A stretch of 63,953 nucleotides of DNA, filler included, from Chrysochromulina tobinii (Eukaryota): NCBI GenBank assembly GCA_001275005.1. It is 6 parts of 6 records of this genome, joined end to end, with 100 filler letters (N's around TTAATTAATTAA, not from the genome) between each part and the next. Parts side by side here need not be neighbours in the genome. Positions count along the whole stretch, not along the records: positions 29,868 to 50,693 come from JWZX01001349.1; positions 50,794 to 56,017 come from JWZX01001352.1; 4 more parts are not named here. One strand, written 5' to 3'. Below the pieces are notes generated by a model. The model was not told where the DNA came from and searched no databases. It was given only the letters and a program-made list of their open reading frames with translations. Of the stretch, positions 42,393 through 54,600 are shown piece after piece. Each line of letters begins with the position of its first letter. The stretch's first letter is position 1. Both the position numbers and the translations under genes were made by a program.

Positions 42393-44719
42393 TCATCTTT
42401 CTGGCGCCAAAGCGCTGTCGGTGCCCAGCGCCATGCTGCGCGAGAAGTTGCGGCGTCTCTTGGGGCTGTTCTTGGAGCTGCTCGGGCTCCTTGCATCCGG
42501 CGACGCCTGCTTTGTCCGCTCGGCCTCGTCTGCCACATCTCCGAAGAGTCCCACGGTCGCCCGTGCGAGGATGGCTCGCACGTCGTCGCGCGTGAGCGGG
42601 TGCGGCCGGCGTGCCGTAACCTCAACAGCGACGAGATCGTGCACACGCGGCCGCAGCCCATCTAGTACACGCCCGCGGATGAGCGTGATGGCACGCAGCC
42701 CTGCGGGCATCGTCTCCTCTTTAGGCTGGCAGCGGGCCTCGAGCACGTTCAGCTCCTCGCGTAGCATCGCCATCGCATCCGCCAGCCGACCCGCCGCACC
42801 CAGCGCGAGCCGCGCCGTCTCGAGCAGGCGCGCGCGGAGGACGCCGCTCCTCCACACGCGTTGCACCCTGCGCGCCGCGATGGCCTGAGTCTTCCAGCGG
42901 ATGGCCTGATAGCGCCGAAAGGCGCACTGCAGTTTGATGGCCGCTTTGTGCCGCCGCGCCAAAATGAGGGGCGAGAGGAACGTGTCGTCGTTTCGCACGA
43001 GATGGCGTGGGTTGCGCTTCGCCTGCCAGAAAAGGAGGATCCGATGTGCTGTTGGTCGCAGGGCCGCCATCGTGGCACGCCGCGCCGCCTCGACCTCTCC
43101 CTGCTCGACAGCTGTCAACTGGCGATCCTCCACACGGCCCACACGTGCGGTGTCCACTTGTGCGGTGGGCTCAACGGCCGCGGGCTCTCGTGCAGCCGAC
43201 GCCAACGCTGCTGCGGACGTGCCCGCCGACACGAATGCCTTCTCGGCTGCCTCGATGCGTCGGATCTCGTCGATCTCGTCGAGCGAGGTGCGGAGCGCCT
43301 CGTAGTATCCATCGGGCAGCGCTCGGGACGGCGCGCATTCCGGGTCCACGTACAAGCGGCAGCCGAGAGCGAGCCAGCAGCGCACGTGGGACTGGATAAA
43401 GCATGCTGCACCATTCATGAGCACATGCACGCCGGCAAACGCGCGCCCGCAGCTCCGCTCGAGGGCGCGAGGTGGCGGTGGCACTGCACGGAGGCCGACC
43501 ATCGTACGTCGACGCAGATAGCCCTCGATGTTGTCAGCCTGATGGCGAGTGAGGTCGATGGCCTGCGAGAGCTCGATCCGCTTCGAGCGGTGGCCGAGCG
43601 CCATGCCGGGCGCCAATCCGTCGGCGGCGCTCGAGCCGAGCACCGCCAACGCCGACGAGAAGCAGTGCACCGATCGTCCAGAGTCCGCAACGCCCGCAAA
43701 GTCCGCGGACTCGGTACCAGTGGTTTCCTGCTCGGCCTTGTACGCGGCCTCGTCCTCCTCGGTGGCCATGAGCTGCAAGGACGCCTCGCTCGCGTACAGC
43801 GCGCGCAGCAGCGTCGGCGCGGGCAGCTGCACCACCGCCGATGCGAAGGTGGCGCACTGTGCGGCCGAGGCTGACAAGGTTGGCTCGTCGCGATCGGTCG
43901 TGGGCAACGGCGGCGGCGGCGGGTGCTCGAATGGGATCTCGACACCCCTGTCAGTGCGCCGCACGTGCTTCGTCAACCCAATCTCGCTCAGCCAGACGGC
44001 GAAGGCGTCATCCGCCTGCGCGCCCGCCGCGGCGCTGGCCGCCTGCCAGCGCCGCGGTCGAGTCGCCGCATGCAAGGCTCGCTCACGCTGTAGCACCTGA
44101 CACGCGCGAAGCGCCGTCGTGAGCGACTCGAGCTCCACTCTGAGCTCCCGTCCAAGCATGGCATTGGGCGCAACGGTCTGATCGGCGTGCGGATCGGCGT
44201 GGCCCTGGGCGTCGTCGAGCTTGACAGTCTCTCCGGCCCGACCTTCGCGCAGCCGTTGCATCGCATAGGCCCCCACGCCGCCCGCGGCCTCGATCTCGCG
44301 ATCTCGCGCCGCTGCGAGCGTCTCCTCACGCGTCGAGGCGCGCCTCCGGGCTTCAGTTTCGTCCGCGGCGCGCCCGAGCACCGCCAGCATGGGCAGCAGC
44401 TCAGCGGGTGTAAGGATTAGAACGGCCATCGGCAGCCGACACGACACCGGCAGCGCGTGTGAGCACACGCGCAGGGCCTTAGCGAGGTCTGCGGCCGATG
44501 CCTGTCGCGCGTCGCCTTGGTGCGGCAGCAGTGGACGCCGCGCCTCCACTATGGACGCGAGCGCAGTGCACACGCCCTCCACGCGCTTCACGCCCGGTGC
44601 GCCCCTCAGCGCCAGTGCCAGCGCTCGCGGTAGCGCGTCGAGAAGCTCGGCTGTCTGCACCTCGTTGCCGTTTGGCAGCTGCAGCAAGGTCAACTGGTCT
44701 CGCGCAGGCGCCGCGGCCG

Positions 44720-44752
<33 letters not shown>

Positions 44753-46949
44753 ATGAGGCTCCAGGCGCCGTCTCGGGCGCCGCCTCCGCCGCCGCCGCGG
44801 ATGAGGCTTCAGGCGCCGTCTCGGGCGCTGCCGCGGGCGCTGCCCGCAACTCCTTGACGCACTCTTTCTCCTCGAAATGGTAATCTGTCGCCTCGCCGAT
44901 GGCTGCGTATCGCGCGGCACCCCCAAGTGACGCTGATGGATCCACGAGCGGCATGAGCGCCGCCGAGCCGCTCGTGAGCCCAAGCAGATGGAGGCAGCGT
45001 CTCCCACCGGCAAGCAGCGCGTGCACGTCGCGACGCGCCTTGAGAGGATAGGGAACCTCGAACCACGTAGGCACGAGCTCGGGGTCACCGAGAACATGCC
45101 TCCACGCCTCAATCTGCTCCGCCACGTGCAGCGTGAGCACGCCTAGAGTCGCGAGCACCTGCTGCAGCTCTTCGCGCCGCGCCGCGAGCGTACGCGCGGC
45201 CGTCTCACCGCCGGCCGCCGCCTCAGCTCCCTCGATCCGCTCAATCTCCGCTTGCTCCTCGGCCGTCGCCGTGCCGGCCGCGAGCCGCCGACGCAGCTCG
45301 ATCGGTTTGAGAAGCTCCGGCAGCACATGCTCGAGCAGGCTCGTTGCCCAGTCGAGGTAGCGCTCGCGCTGCGAGATCACACGGCCGAGGGCGCTGTGCG
45401 CCTGGTACAGCTGGATCTGGCGCGTGTACGCCGTACCGGCCGACACCGGCTTGGGGGGGGGGCGCACGGGCTTGCCTCGGGCCCCATACAGACTCGCGGC
45501 ACTCGCGTCGTCCTTGAGCGCACACGTCGCATCGACCTTGAGCGCCCTCTCGAGTCGACCGGTAAACGGATTGGGTGTACCCACCCTCACGCCGAGGCCC
45601 TGCATGGGCCCGCGTGCCGGCTTGGAGTAAGCGCTCTCCATGATCCGGATCGTCGGCGCGCTCGACGAAGCGCGAGCGCGCGTCGGAGGCGCGCGCTGGA
45701 CTCGCGCAGTGCCCGCCGCAGCGCCCAGGGTGGGAGCGCGCCGCGCCTCGGACGGGATCGTGGTCACCTTGAAGGTCTCACGAAGGTATCGTGGCGGCGG
45801 CTGCTGCAGTTGCTGCGGTCGCTGCAGCGGCGGCGGCGGCGGCGGTTGCTGCGGTTGCTGTGGCTGCTGTGGCGGCTGCGGCTGCAGCGGCTGCAGCGGC
45901 TGCTGCGGCGGCTGCGGCGGTTGCTGCGGCGGCAGCGGCTGCGCGGTCGGCTCGAGCAGGCCAAGGGCGCCGTGGTGAGCGCTTGCATGCTGCGCGGTCG
46001 GCTCGAGCAGGCCAAGGGCGCCGTGGTGAGCGCTTGCATGCTGCGCGGTCGCCTCGGACGCCGCTGCCGGCAAAGTGGCCACCTCGGCCACCTCGGCCGC
46101 TTCCGCGTACTGCAGCGGCACCTGCTGAAGCGGCTGCGCCGCCGCCGGCTGCTGCTGCTGCTGCGGCGACGGCGGCTGCTGCTGCTGCGGCGGCGACGGC
46201 TGCGCCGGTGGCTTCACAGCTGGCTTCACAGCTTTTGGCGGCGGCGGCGGCATATCCAACATCAGTTGCGCTGTGAGCTCATCGCCGACGAAGTCCATCG
46301 ATCTCGGGCGCGGGGAGGGCTGCTGCGCCGGATACTGCGCTGGATCATGCTGCTGTGCCGGCTGCCCATGCTGCTGTGGCCACAGCTGCTGTGGTTGCTG
46401 CTGCTGCTGCGGCCGCTGCTGCGGTCGATCTTGCTGTTGCTGCTGCCGCTGCGGCCGCTGCGGCTGAGGCTGGGTCACCGGCGCCGATACCGGTACCAGT
46501 AGCGGCGCCGGTACCTGTGTGGGTGCGGCGCGGTACTGCGGATGCCGATGGACACCCACGTGGACAGTGTTGTGACTCGGCGGTGGAGGCAAGTAGGCGG
46601 AAGCTGACACGGAGCGGCGGAGCACCGCCGCAGGGGCGGAGGCAGCTGGCTTCACATCGCTTGTGCTCGCTGAAGGCCGCATCTGATCGTCGAGGTTGCG
46701 CACTGCCTCATTGAGGCCGCCGTCTAGGCGTCGCGGTGCTCGCAGCTGCATGGCCTGCTCCGACGGCACTGAGTGATCGGCCGCGATGGCCTGGACCCGA
46801 TGCAACTCCGCCGCGATGGAGTGCTTAATGCCGGCTAATGCCGCCGACTGAGGACGCAGCCGCACGCCATGCACGACCGTGGCGCTCGCAGAGCGCGAGG
46901 AGGTTGAGGAGGCTCGAGTCGGCGGTGGCTGGGTGGTGGTGTTGTCCAT
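42393..46949 (-). CDS. Large Q/P-rich protein with IQ calmodulin-binding motifs
   Basis: Open frame of about 1500 aa from MDNTTT; IQ-like motifs AACFIQSHVRCWL, AAIKLQCAFRRYQAIR and AARRVQRVWRSGVLR. Confidence 0.7.
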
Positions 46950-47052
46950 GAGACGGTTCGGCTTCGCCCCTGCTCCCTCCGGCCGCAGTGTGAACCAGGT
47001 GTGAACAGTAAGCGACACGAAAGATTGATCGAGTTTATCTGTTAACGGCCCC

Positions 47053-50013
47053 TCATGCGTCCAACAATGAAGGGTCCAGGTCATCGGGCTCGGGCCTCGG
47101 TGGAGTTGGTGGAGGTATGCTCAGCTGCAATGACAGCCCTGCCAGTGCTGGGTGACTTGGCGGCTTTTGCGCAGCCGGCTTCGCCGCACCATCGGTCGTG
47201 CGCGCGGCCGAGGGCTCAGGGGTCAGCTCAGGGGAGGCATCGAAGTCGCTTGAAGAGCGGCGTGAGGAAGGAGAGTTGCCTTTGACTACGCCTAGAAGAG
47301 ACCCCGCGAACGGACTGCGGTCGTCGGAGCAAAACGTGCGTTCCGAGGGGGAGCCTCGGGATCTGTCGGCGGGGAAGGCAGCGTCGAGCAGTTCACTCGT
47401 CGACAACCGTTTCCACGAGTCGAGCAGTGTAGCGTCGAACATCTCGGGAGGCACCTTCACCTTCTGAGTCACCCCACCATGCTGCTTGATCAGCGCGTCG
47501 TCGTCCCACTCCTCTTCCAGCGGCGGTTGTTTCTCGTCAGGCAACTTTGCGAACTTTTTCTGCCTGGCACTCTCGATAGCGATATCTTCGGGCACGTCAG
47601 GGATGATGGTCAGCACGCAGTACTGCGTGAGGAGCAGCAGGTGCTCGAGCACGACCAGGAAGAGGACCTTGTTAGACTCGTTGACCTCGATGAGCCCCAG
47701 GAAGTGGAAGGGCAGTATGCGCTTCAGCGTCGTGTCGGTGATGCCCGCCAGCCCGAGGTTTGTCAGCACGCCAAGCGCCGCCAGCATTCGCAGCACTGTC
47801 TGCCAAGCGCCGATGTCCTCGGCGCCCATGTACGCTGGCCGGCGTGTGTTGCACACCATCTTGTACGCATCCGTTCGAAGCTCAAAGTAGAACGAGAGCC
47901 AGAGCAGCGCCGAGGCGAGTGGGAAGGCGGGCGCGAAGAGCACCACGTAGCCAAGCTGCAGCAGGATGTTAGAGTACTCGGAGAAGATTCCCTCGAAGGG
48001 CTCGAGCTTCGCCTGCCCCTCGTAGTACGTCATCTTGGGAAGCTCATACTCCGTCATCTGCGCGCCTGTGCTATCCGCGTGGGCTGAGGCCTGCTGGACG
48101 GTGGACACGCCAAGAAAGAAGCGCCCGATGAAGAGCAGCCGGCCGCACGTCGTCTGCACACTCTTGGTGTACATTTCGTCTCCACTCTCTTGCTCCACTC
48201 TCTTGGTGTACATGGCGTACTCCTCATCGGCCTGCCTCAGCCGCGCACTCATCCATGGCGTGATGAACTCCAAGACCTTACCGACCACACTCGCTGAGAT
48301 GACGACCGAGGTCATGTAGAGCGACAGCTCGTTCATGCAGTACGGATTGAGGCCGCCATGCTGTGCCTCGATTTGCTCCTCGCCCGCATCAAAGTGCCGC
48401 TTGTCGTGGCAATACTCCGGGATGCCCGTCGCCCACGACAGCAAGTCGATCTCATTCGCCTTGACAAACGCAATGTAGTAGAGCGCCATGTACGAGTTGA
48501 TGAATTGAAAGAACATGGTCTTGACGATGAGCGCATCGTCGAAGCCGGACTGCGTGCGGTGATTCTCCCACTCGGTCAAGTGCTCCGCCAATCTCGCGTA
48601 CAGCATGTTGGTCACTGAGATGAACATGCCGTTGAGTGCGCCGCCTACAACAGAGCCGAGCGTCACGCCGTAGCTGGGGACGGTGAGCTCAGAGTCGTCG
48701 CTCGCGAAGAGCACATAAAAGGAGACCATGACCGACGACTTGTAGGCGAGGATCCCGCCTGTCGCCACGATGACGGCCAGCAGAAAGGGCATCACGAGCA
48801 AGTATGACGTGATCTCGCGTGACCGCCGCTCCGTGTGCAGAAACTTTTTCATGAGCGGCACCTTTTCGGCATGCGGCTCGTTGTCGTCCACGGCGACCCA
48901 GTAGCCTTCGTCTGAGTAGAAGCCGCGCTCCATGTCACCGTCGAATTCGTGCCTCGGCCGCTCTGTCTCCCTAAAGTCGGACACATTCCAGTGCACCGCA
49001 TGCACCGCCTCGGTGCGCCTCCACATCTTGCAGAAGTAGGTGATCCAGACGAGGATCTGGAAGGAGTAGAAGGGCGTGAACGGGTTGTCGTTGGAGCCCT
49101 CAAACCAGACGAGCGAGACGATGAAGAGGAGCACGCCCACGACGGCAGGGTAGGCGAGCGCGTTCGTGAGCTCCTCGACGAAGGCGTAGTAAATCGCAAT
49201 CCGCTCGCCGTAGTAATCGCGGATCTTGTCAAGCGGCTGCGCAACCCTGAGCGTGAAAGGCGCCTTAACCCAGATGCGTTCGAGCTCCTCCAGACTGCCC
49301 TCGATCTCGTGCACAGGCACGATTTGTGTGAGAACCTTTGTCTCGAGCAGGTCTTCAAGGTTGAGGCCGCATCCACCCTCGTACCGGGGCAGCTCGATAA
49401 GCGCCTGCAAGAGCCGGATGCGCTCGAGCGAGCTGAAAAAGGACGTGGAGCTGTACGGCTCGAATCGCTCCTTCTCTGTTACCGAGAAATCCGTGTACCC
49501 CTGCAAGCGGCCCTGCGCGTCCGGCTTGAGCCGCTTCTCCATCGTCAGCTGCTCGGCCGTCTTCTCGAGGAGCTTGTCGGGAGCGGAAAGCTTGAGCAGT
49601 ACCTCGTCTTCATCACGAGAGATGTCGATGACGACCTCGATCCCAATGGACCGTGCTCGTGCGACTATAACGTCGCGCCACTTCGCCGTGTTGCCCGCCA
49701 TCTGCTCCAGATGCTCAAAGGACGAATAGATGGATATATCCAACAATCTTTTGCTCTTCATTTTGGCTCTGACCTTCTCAACGTCTCCATCGTTCTCATC
49801 TTTCGGAAAGATGAAGACGAGGTCAAAATATGGCTGCCCGGTGGTAGGGGGTGCCGTCGGTGTATGCTCTTCCTCGAGAGTGGCATATTCTAAAGAATCG
49901 GAAAGCTTGTCGGAAAGCTTGAGAATCGGTCGTGATAATTGACTCGTGAACAGCGCGGGCGTCGGCCTCGCGGGCGCCTTCGCGTCCGAGAGCGAGACAG
50001 TAGCGCTTGGCAT
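47053..50013 (-). CDS. Anoctamin/TMEM16 Ca2+-activated chloride channel or scramblase
   Basis: FSSLERIRL, QPLDKIRDYYGERIAIYYAF, LTEWENHRT, FQFINSY..LYYIAF, LQLGYVVLFAPAFPLA, ELRTDAYK, DIGAW and EH...IPDVP motifs. Confidence 0.95.
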   Translation of the reverse strand: MPSATVSLSDAKAPARPTPALFTSQLSRPILKLSDKLSDSLEYATLEEEHTPTAPPTTGQPYFDLVFIFPKDENDGDVEKVRAKMKSKRLLDISIYSSFEHLEQMAGNTAKWRDVIVARARSIGIEVVIDISRDEDEVLLKLSAPDKLLEKTAEQLTMEKRLKPDAQGRLQGYTDFSVTEKERFEPYSSTSFFSSLERIRLLQALIELPRYEGGCGLNLEDLLETKVLTQIVPVHEIEGSLEELERIWVKAPFTLRVAQPLDKIRDYYGERIAIYYAFVEELTNALAYPAVVGVLLFIVSLVWFEGSNDNPFTPFYSFQILVWITYFCKMWRRTEAVHAVHWNVSDFRETERPRHEFDGDMERGFYSDEGYWVAVDDNEPHAEKVPLMKKFLHTERRSREITSYLLVMPFLLAVIVATGGILAYKSSVMVSFYVLFASDDSELTVPSYGVTLGSVVGGALNGMFISVTNMLYARLAEHLTEWENHRTQSGFDDALIVKTMFFQFINSYMALYYIAFVKANEIDLLSWATGIPEYCHDKRHFDAGEEQIEAQHGGLNPYCMNELSLYMTSVVISASVVGKVLEFITPWMSARLRQADEEYAMYTKRVEQESGDEMYTKSVQTTCGRLLFIGRFFLGVSTVQQASAHADSTGAQMTEYELPKMTYYEGQAKLEPFEGIFSEYSNILLQLGYVVLFAPAFPLASALLWLSFYFELRTDAYKMVCNTRRPAYMGAEDIGAWQTVLRMLAALGVLTNLGLAGITDTTLKRILPFHFLGLIEVNESNKVLFLVVLEHLLLLTQYCVLTIIPDVPEDIAIESARQKKFAKLPDEKQPPLEEEWDDDALIKQHGGVTQKVKVPPEMFDATLLDSWKRLSTSELLDAAFPADRSRGSPSERTFCSDDRSPFAGSLLGVVKGNSPSSRRSSSDFDASPELTPEPSAARTTDGAAKPAAQKPPSHPALAGLSLQLSIPPPTPPRPEPDDLDPSLLDA

Positions 50014-50543
50014 GGATGATTTTGGGGAAAAAGGTCCGTCGCTCGAAACTGAAAATCCATTTAGGAAGGTCGGAGGTACCAACCCGGAGGGACATGGATG
50101 GTTTGGGGGGGGGCTTTGGGAGGACGCTCACTTTAGTCGAGGCCGGCGGAGTTGGTCGCCTAGCGCGACCGGCATCCCGGGCTCCCACTTAGTGAACATA
50201 CGAGGCGGCGGATATGTATAATTTTTGGAAAAACACGGGGGGAAAAAGGTCCGTCGCTCGAAACTGAAAATCCAGGTAGGTGTGAACTGAGTCGCTCGGA
50301 TACTAGTAAGTTGCGCGATATCGCACGCGATCTCGCAGCGCGGCCCGCGTGCGAGATTAGAGCGCGACTCGCAGGGCGGCCCACCGCAGCGCGACCCGCG
50401 GGTTCCCGTCCGTGACGCACTCTCCCGACGCGTCTCAGTTTAGTTAAGAGACAAGACTACACTTGACTTGACTTGGCTGGACTTACTCTTGTACTTCCGC
50501 CAAAAACACCCTATTTCCCGAAACTCGAAGGAACATAAACCAC

Positions 50544-50693
50544 ATGCCAAGCGCTACTGTCTCGCTCTCGGACGCGAAGGCGCCCGCGAGGTCGGCGCCC
50601 GTGCCGTTCACGAGTCAATTATCACGACCGATTCTCAAGCTTTCCGACAAGCTTTCCGATTCTTTAGAATATGCCACTCTCGAGGAAGAGCAT
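50544..50693 (+). CDS. 5' fragment of an inverted anoctamin paralog (truncated at contig end)
   Basis: Reverse complement of 49864-50013 with 4 substitutions. Confidence 0.6.
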
Positions 50694-50793
50694 NNNNNNN
50701 NNNNNNNNNNNNNNNNNNNNNNNNNNNNNNNNNNNNNTTAATTAATTAANNNNNNNNNNNNNNNNNNNNNNNNNNNNNNNNNNNNNNNNNNNN
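50694..50793. other. Artificial contig-joining spacer
   Basis: Same linker. Confidence 0.99.
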
Positions 50794-51615
50794 TGAACGT
50801 GTTCAAACAAAATCACGCAAAATGAGCGCTTCGAGGCGAGGCCGAGGGAAGGTGATGCCGCGTCGTGCGCTCGTCGCTCCATCCTCCAAGTGGAGTAAGC
50901 CTCAACTCGCCGCTCGCCGGCACGCCGGGCGCGTTGCGGCCTGCTCCTTTTGGCCGGCGGTGCCCGCCATGTCGAGGGCGGGGGGAGGTGGACGGCGGGG
51001 TGCGTTCGTCGGAGCAATCTGCCCTCTGTGGGGTGTCTGAAGAAGGTAGACTCCAGCCAGGCTGTGAAAGCATGTGTGAATGTATATGTGCATGTCACGC
51101 GGGAGAAGACACGCGAACCCAACGTCTATGGTCCCATAATTGTCTAATTCCCCACAGCATTTCCCCACAGGTGTACGCCCACCAAGACCTCCAAGAGAGA
51201 CACGGGAGAAGCCATCCTACGGGAGGTACGGGTAATTACCATCCTAACCGTCCCATCGATGTGAGTCTTTGTAACCTCGGGAACACGGCGTACGGGTACT
51301 TAGCAATCGCTCAGTAAATGAACGACCCTGCCAAAGGCGTTTTCGGAAGGAAGGATCGCAAAAACCCAAAAATCGTTTCGTCCGTCCGTCCACCCGTGTT
51401 CGGTAAGTGTCAACCTAGTGTTTCCCTTTTTTAGTACACAGATTTTCGAAAGAGGCGTCCCGTGACTTTATCTCGACACTCCCGGGCGAAACCGATCGAA
51501 AAAGTGAGGATACGTCTCGCACGCTGGCTCGCTTCTCGGGCCTGCTGTTCGGGTCAGGGTGACCTTTCGTTCAGCACAATTAAGGTCTTCCGCCAGCTAA
51601 CGCCAAGAGGCTTGA

Positions 51616-54600
51616 TGCCTCCGACCAGTGACGGCACAAAAGCCATTGATTGCCGCGGTGCTGGCACAAAGGCCATGACTTGCCACACAGAGCGGAGCTC
51701 CGCTGAAATGCTGGAAGCTGGTTGTATGGCGTCATCTTTGCCTCCTGCATTCTTTCGCCAGGGGAGAAGCTCACACGAAGGGGAGCATTCAGCAGCTGGA
51801 GCCGCTTTGTCGTCAACTGGAGGCACTCTACGATTGTCGGCCGCTGCCGGATTGTGTGTGCCGGCTGTAGCATGTCCGCCTCCTAAGGGCACGAGCGTGG
51901 CTAAGACATCTTCGTCGTCTCCGCCTGTTGCGAAGGGCACGGCTGCTGGAGGCGCTTCACGAGTGGGGGCCCGCACGCCCATTGGCGCGGGAGCGGCCGG
52001 AGCTGTAGGCGCGCTTGGAGCGGTTGCAGCGGTTGCATCGATTCCGCCCGACGATGACTCTGAGGAGGAAAAGGAAGATAGCGACGATGAGCAGGATGCC
52101 ACCTGGTTAGCCATCATCCCCTTCATGATCGCGATGAGCTATGAGCTTTTGTTTGAGGCAATAGACTCTGGTGGTATCCAGATCACAATCATGTTCCTCA
52201 TGCCAATCTTACTCGCTATCAAGGCTATGGTCGCTGATGCGTACCAACGTCTTCGCATTGGATTTGTCGCGCCGCCGCCGCCGACGCCGCCGCTTCCGGG
52301 AGCGTATCCTTTGCCTCCTCCGCCTCCCTCGCTCCCACCGTCGCCAGCGCCGCCGCCTGGCCTCATGCCGACCATCATGCATTTTCTCTATCTGCATGCC
52401 GAGGCCACCCCCGTTTATTACTTCATCTGCGACTTTGGCATTGCTGCGCTCATTGGCACCTTCTTCCTCTTCCTGCAGGACATACAAAACTTTTTTGCAA
52501 AGCGCAAGGCGGCCGAGAAAATGCGCAAGCAGCAGGAAGAGAAGGCATTGAAAAAGCGTAAAGCCCGAGAAAAGGCGCGAAGAGAAGCAGCCGAAGCTCA
52601 CCCGACGGACCCGACGGCCTATCAACCGCTCGCCGATGATGATGAGCCAGCTGAGGATGTGGACGCCGCTCAGGAGGAAGCACCCAATGTCGAGGCGCTG
52701 TTGAGGGAGCTAGTGCGCGTCACAGATCAGTCCGAGGAGCTGGAGATCAAAACGCGCGTCAACCGTAAGTCAGCTTCGGAGGCTGCAATGGCAGCGAAAG
52801 AGCAGCTCGCAAAGTTGCTGGAACGACGCGAGGAGCTCAAAGTTCTCCTTGGCATGGGTGGCCCCAACATGATGAAGAAGCCCAAAGAGGACAAGAACAA
52901 GGAGCCATCAATAATCGTCAAGGTTATGAAGAGCACAGCTATGCAGGTCCTGCAGAACGCCGCGAACGGAACCATGGCCGTCGTACTCTACTTTGCCGAC
53001 CTGATCTCAGACATTCAGGTGGTCCTGATGCTCTGGAGAACCGAGAACTTTAGTTTCGCCCTAATTTCTATGACCATTCTCGTCGCGCAGTTCGTCGTCG
53101 TCTACGTGCGCGTGTTACCGTACCTGCTCGCCAACTTTGGGCCGCAGAGTTGCCTCTACAGGCTCTTCCTCGTCCTCGGCTTCCCTTGGGGGTGCCTGAT
53201 GCTCGATTGCCTCATGTTTCTCGAGCCCTTTGGGTTGCTCTCGGTGCTGCCCTTCCCAGAGTGGTTGCGCCAATTTGTGCCCGCTTACAAGGCAACGCGC
53301 ATCATCGCGGAGGTCGCCATCGAGAGCGTGCCGCAGTGCCTTCTGCAGGCGTACATCTACATCGTGATCATTCACGGGCTCAAAGATGGCACCGCGTCGC
53401 CGCAGGAGCTTGCCATGGTCCCCTACGCCTCGCTGCTGCCAAAGTCTATTCTGATCTCGACGCTCGCGACGCTGAAGACGTGGATCGAGCTAGTAAGTGA
53501 GGCTCGGCAAGCGGGCTTAAGAGTTGTCGATAAGGCCATCCAGCTCTGGAATGTGGGGGCGGGCCTACCGCTCGACGCGCTGCAAAAGGGCGCGATCAGC
53601 ACCTTCACGTGCACGTACAAGCTCATGTCCGTCGAGATCCCGCCGCTGCTCGACGCGCTCGAGAAGAATAATAGTCTGGTGTACCTCGACCTCTCGCTGA
53701 GTGGCATCTCGTGGACGGGTGCCGACGCCACTGGGTACCGCCTGATTAAAGAAATCGCCAAGTCGGAGTCTGCGCTTGGGGGTCTCCAAACCTTCATCAT
53801 CTCGCCGCAGAGCAAATTCAAGATTCCGATGTTCGAGCTGCGTGGACCGACACAGATTGCGCTCGCAGCACTCCGCCGGGTCCCCCTACTCACCCCGAAC
53901 GGCCCCTGGCGGGAGGATATATTTTTCATAGCCGACATCCTACGCACAAACACGGACATTGCCGTGGTCGAGAAGGCCGAGAAGGCCGCTGGCGACGTTG
54001 TCATGAAGATGCGCACGAATGCCAAGCAAGGAAAGCTCAAGAAGGATGCGTGGGAGGAGCAGCTCACCGACATCATGTGCATCGGTAACACGCGCCGTGG
54101 CCACATACAAACATTGCTTATGGCCGATTGCTTGCGCGACGTGGGCTTCAAGGCGAGAGAACTGTTGACGACGGGCTTCACCCTGGTCGAGCTGCGCGAG
54201 GGCGACTACACCGCCGAAGAGATGCGCGTGACTGGCATCAAGGCGGCGGATGCGGCGAGCGCGGGCTACACGGCAGGCGAGCTCAAGAAGGGTGGCTACA
54301 CGGCCGCAGCACTAAAGAGCTCGGGCTCATTCACAGCGGCACAGCTCAAGGCTGGAGGTTTTGTTGCCAAGCAGCTCAAGGCGGTGGGCTATCTGCCCGG
54401 GGAGCTCCGCGACAATGGCTTCACCGCCGGCGAGCTTCGTGAGGGCTCCTTTGTTGCCAAGGAGCTGAAGCCCTTCTTCACGTGCCAAGAGCTGCGGATC
54501 GCCGGCTTCTCCGCCAAGCTCATGAGAGCTGTGAACTACTCGCTTGCCGAGCTCAAGGAAGGCGAGTACACGGCAACGGACCTTCGCGACGCCAACTTCA

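Noticed and set aside
45640..46502. Cys/Gly-rich, poly-Ala and poly-Leu ORFs resembling metallothioneins
   Set aside because: Alternative frames of the CAG/CCG-rich Q/P tract in 42393..46949.
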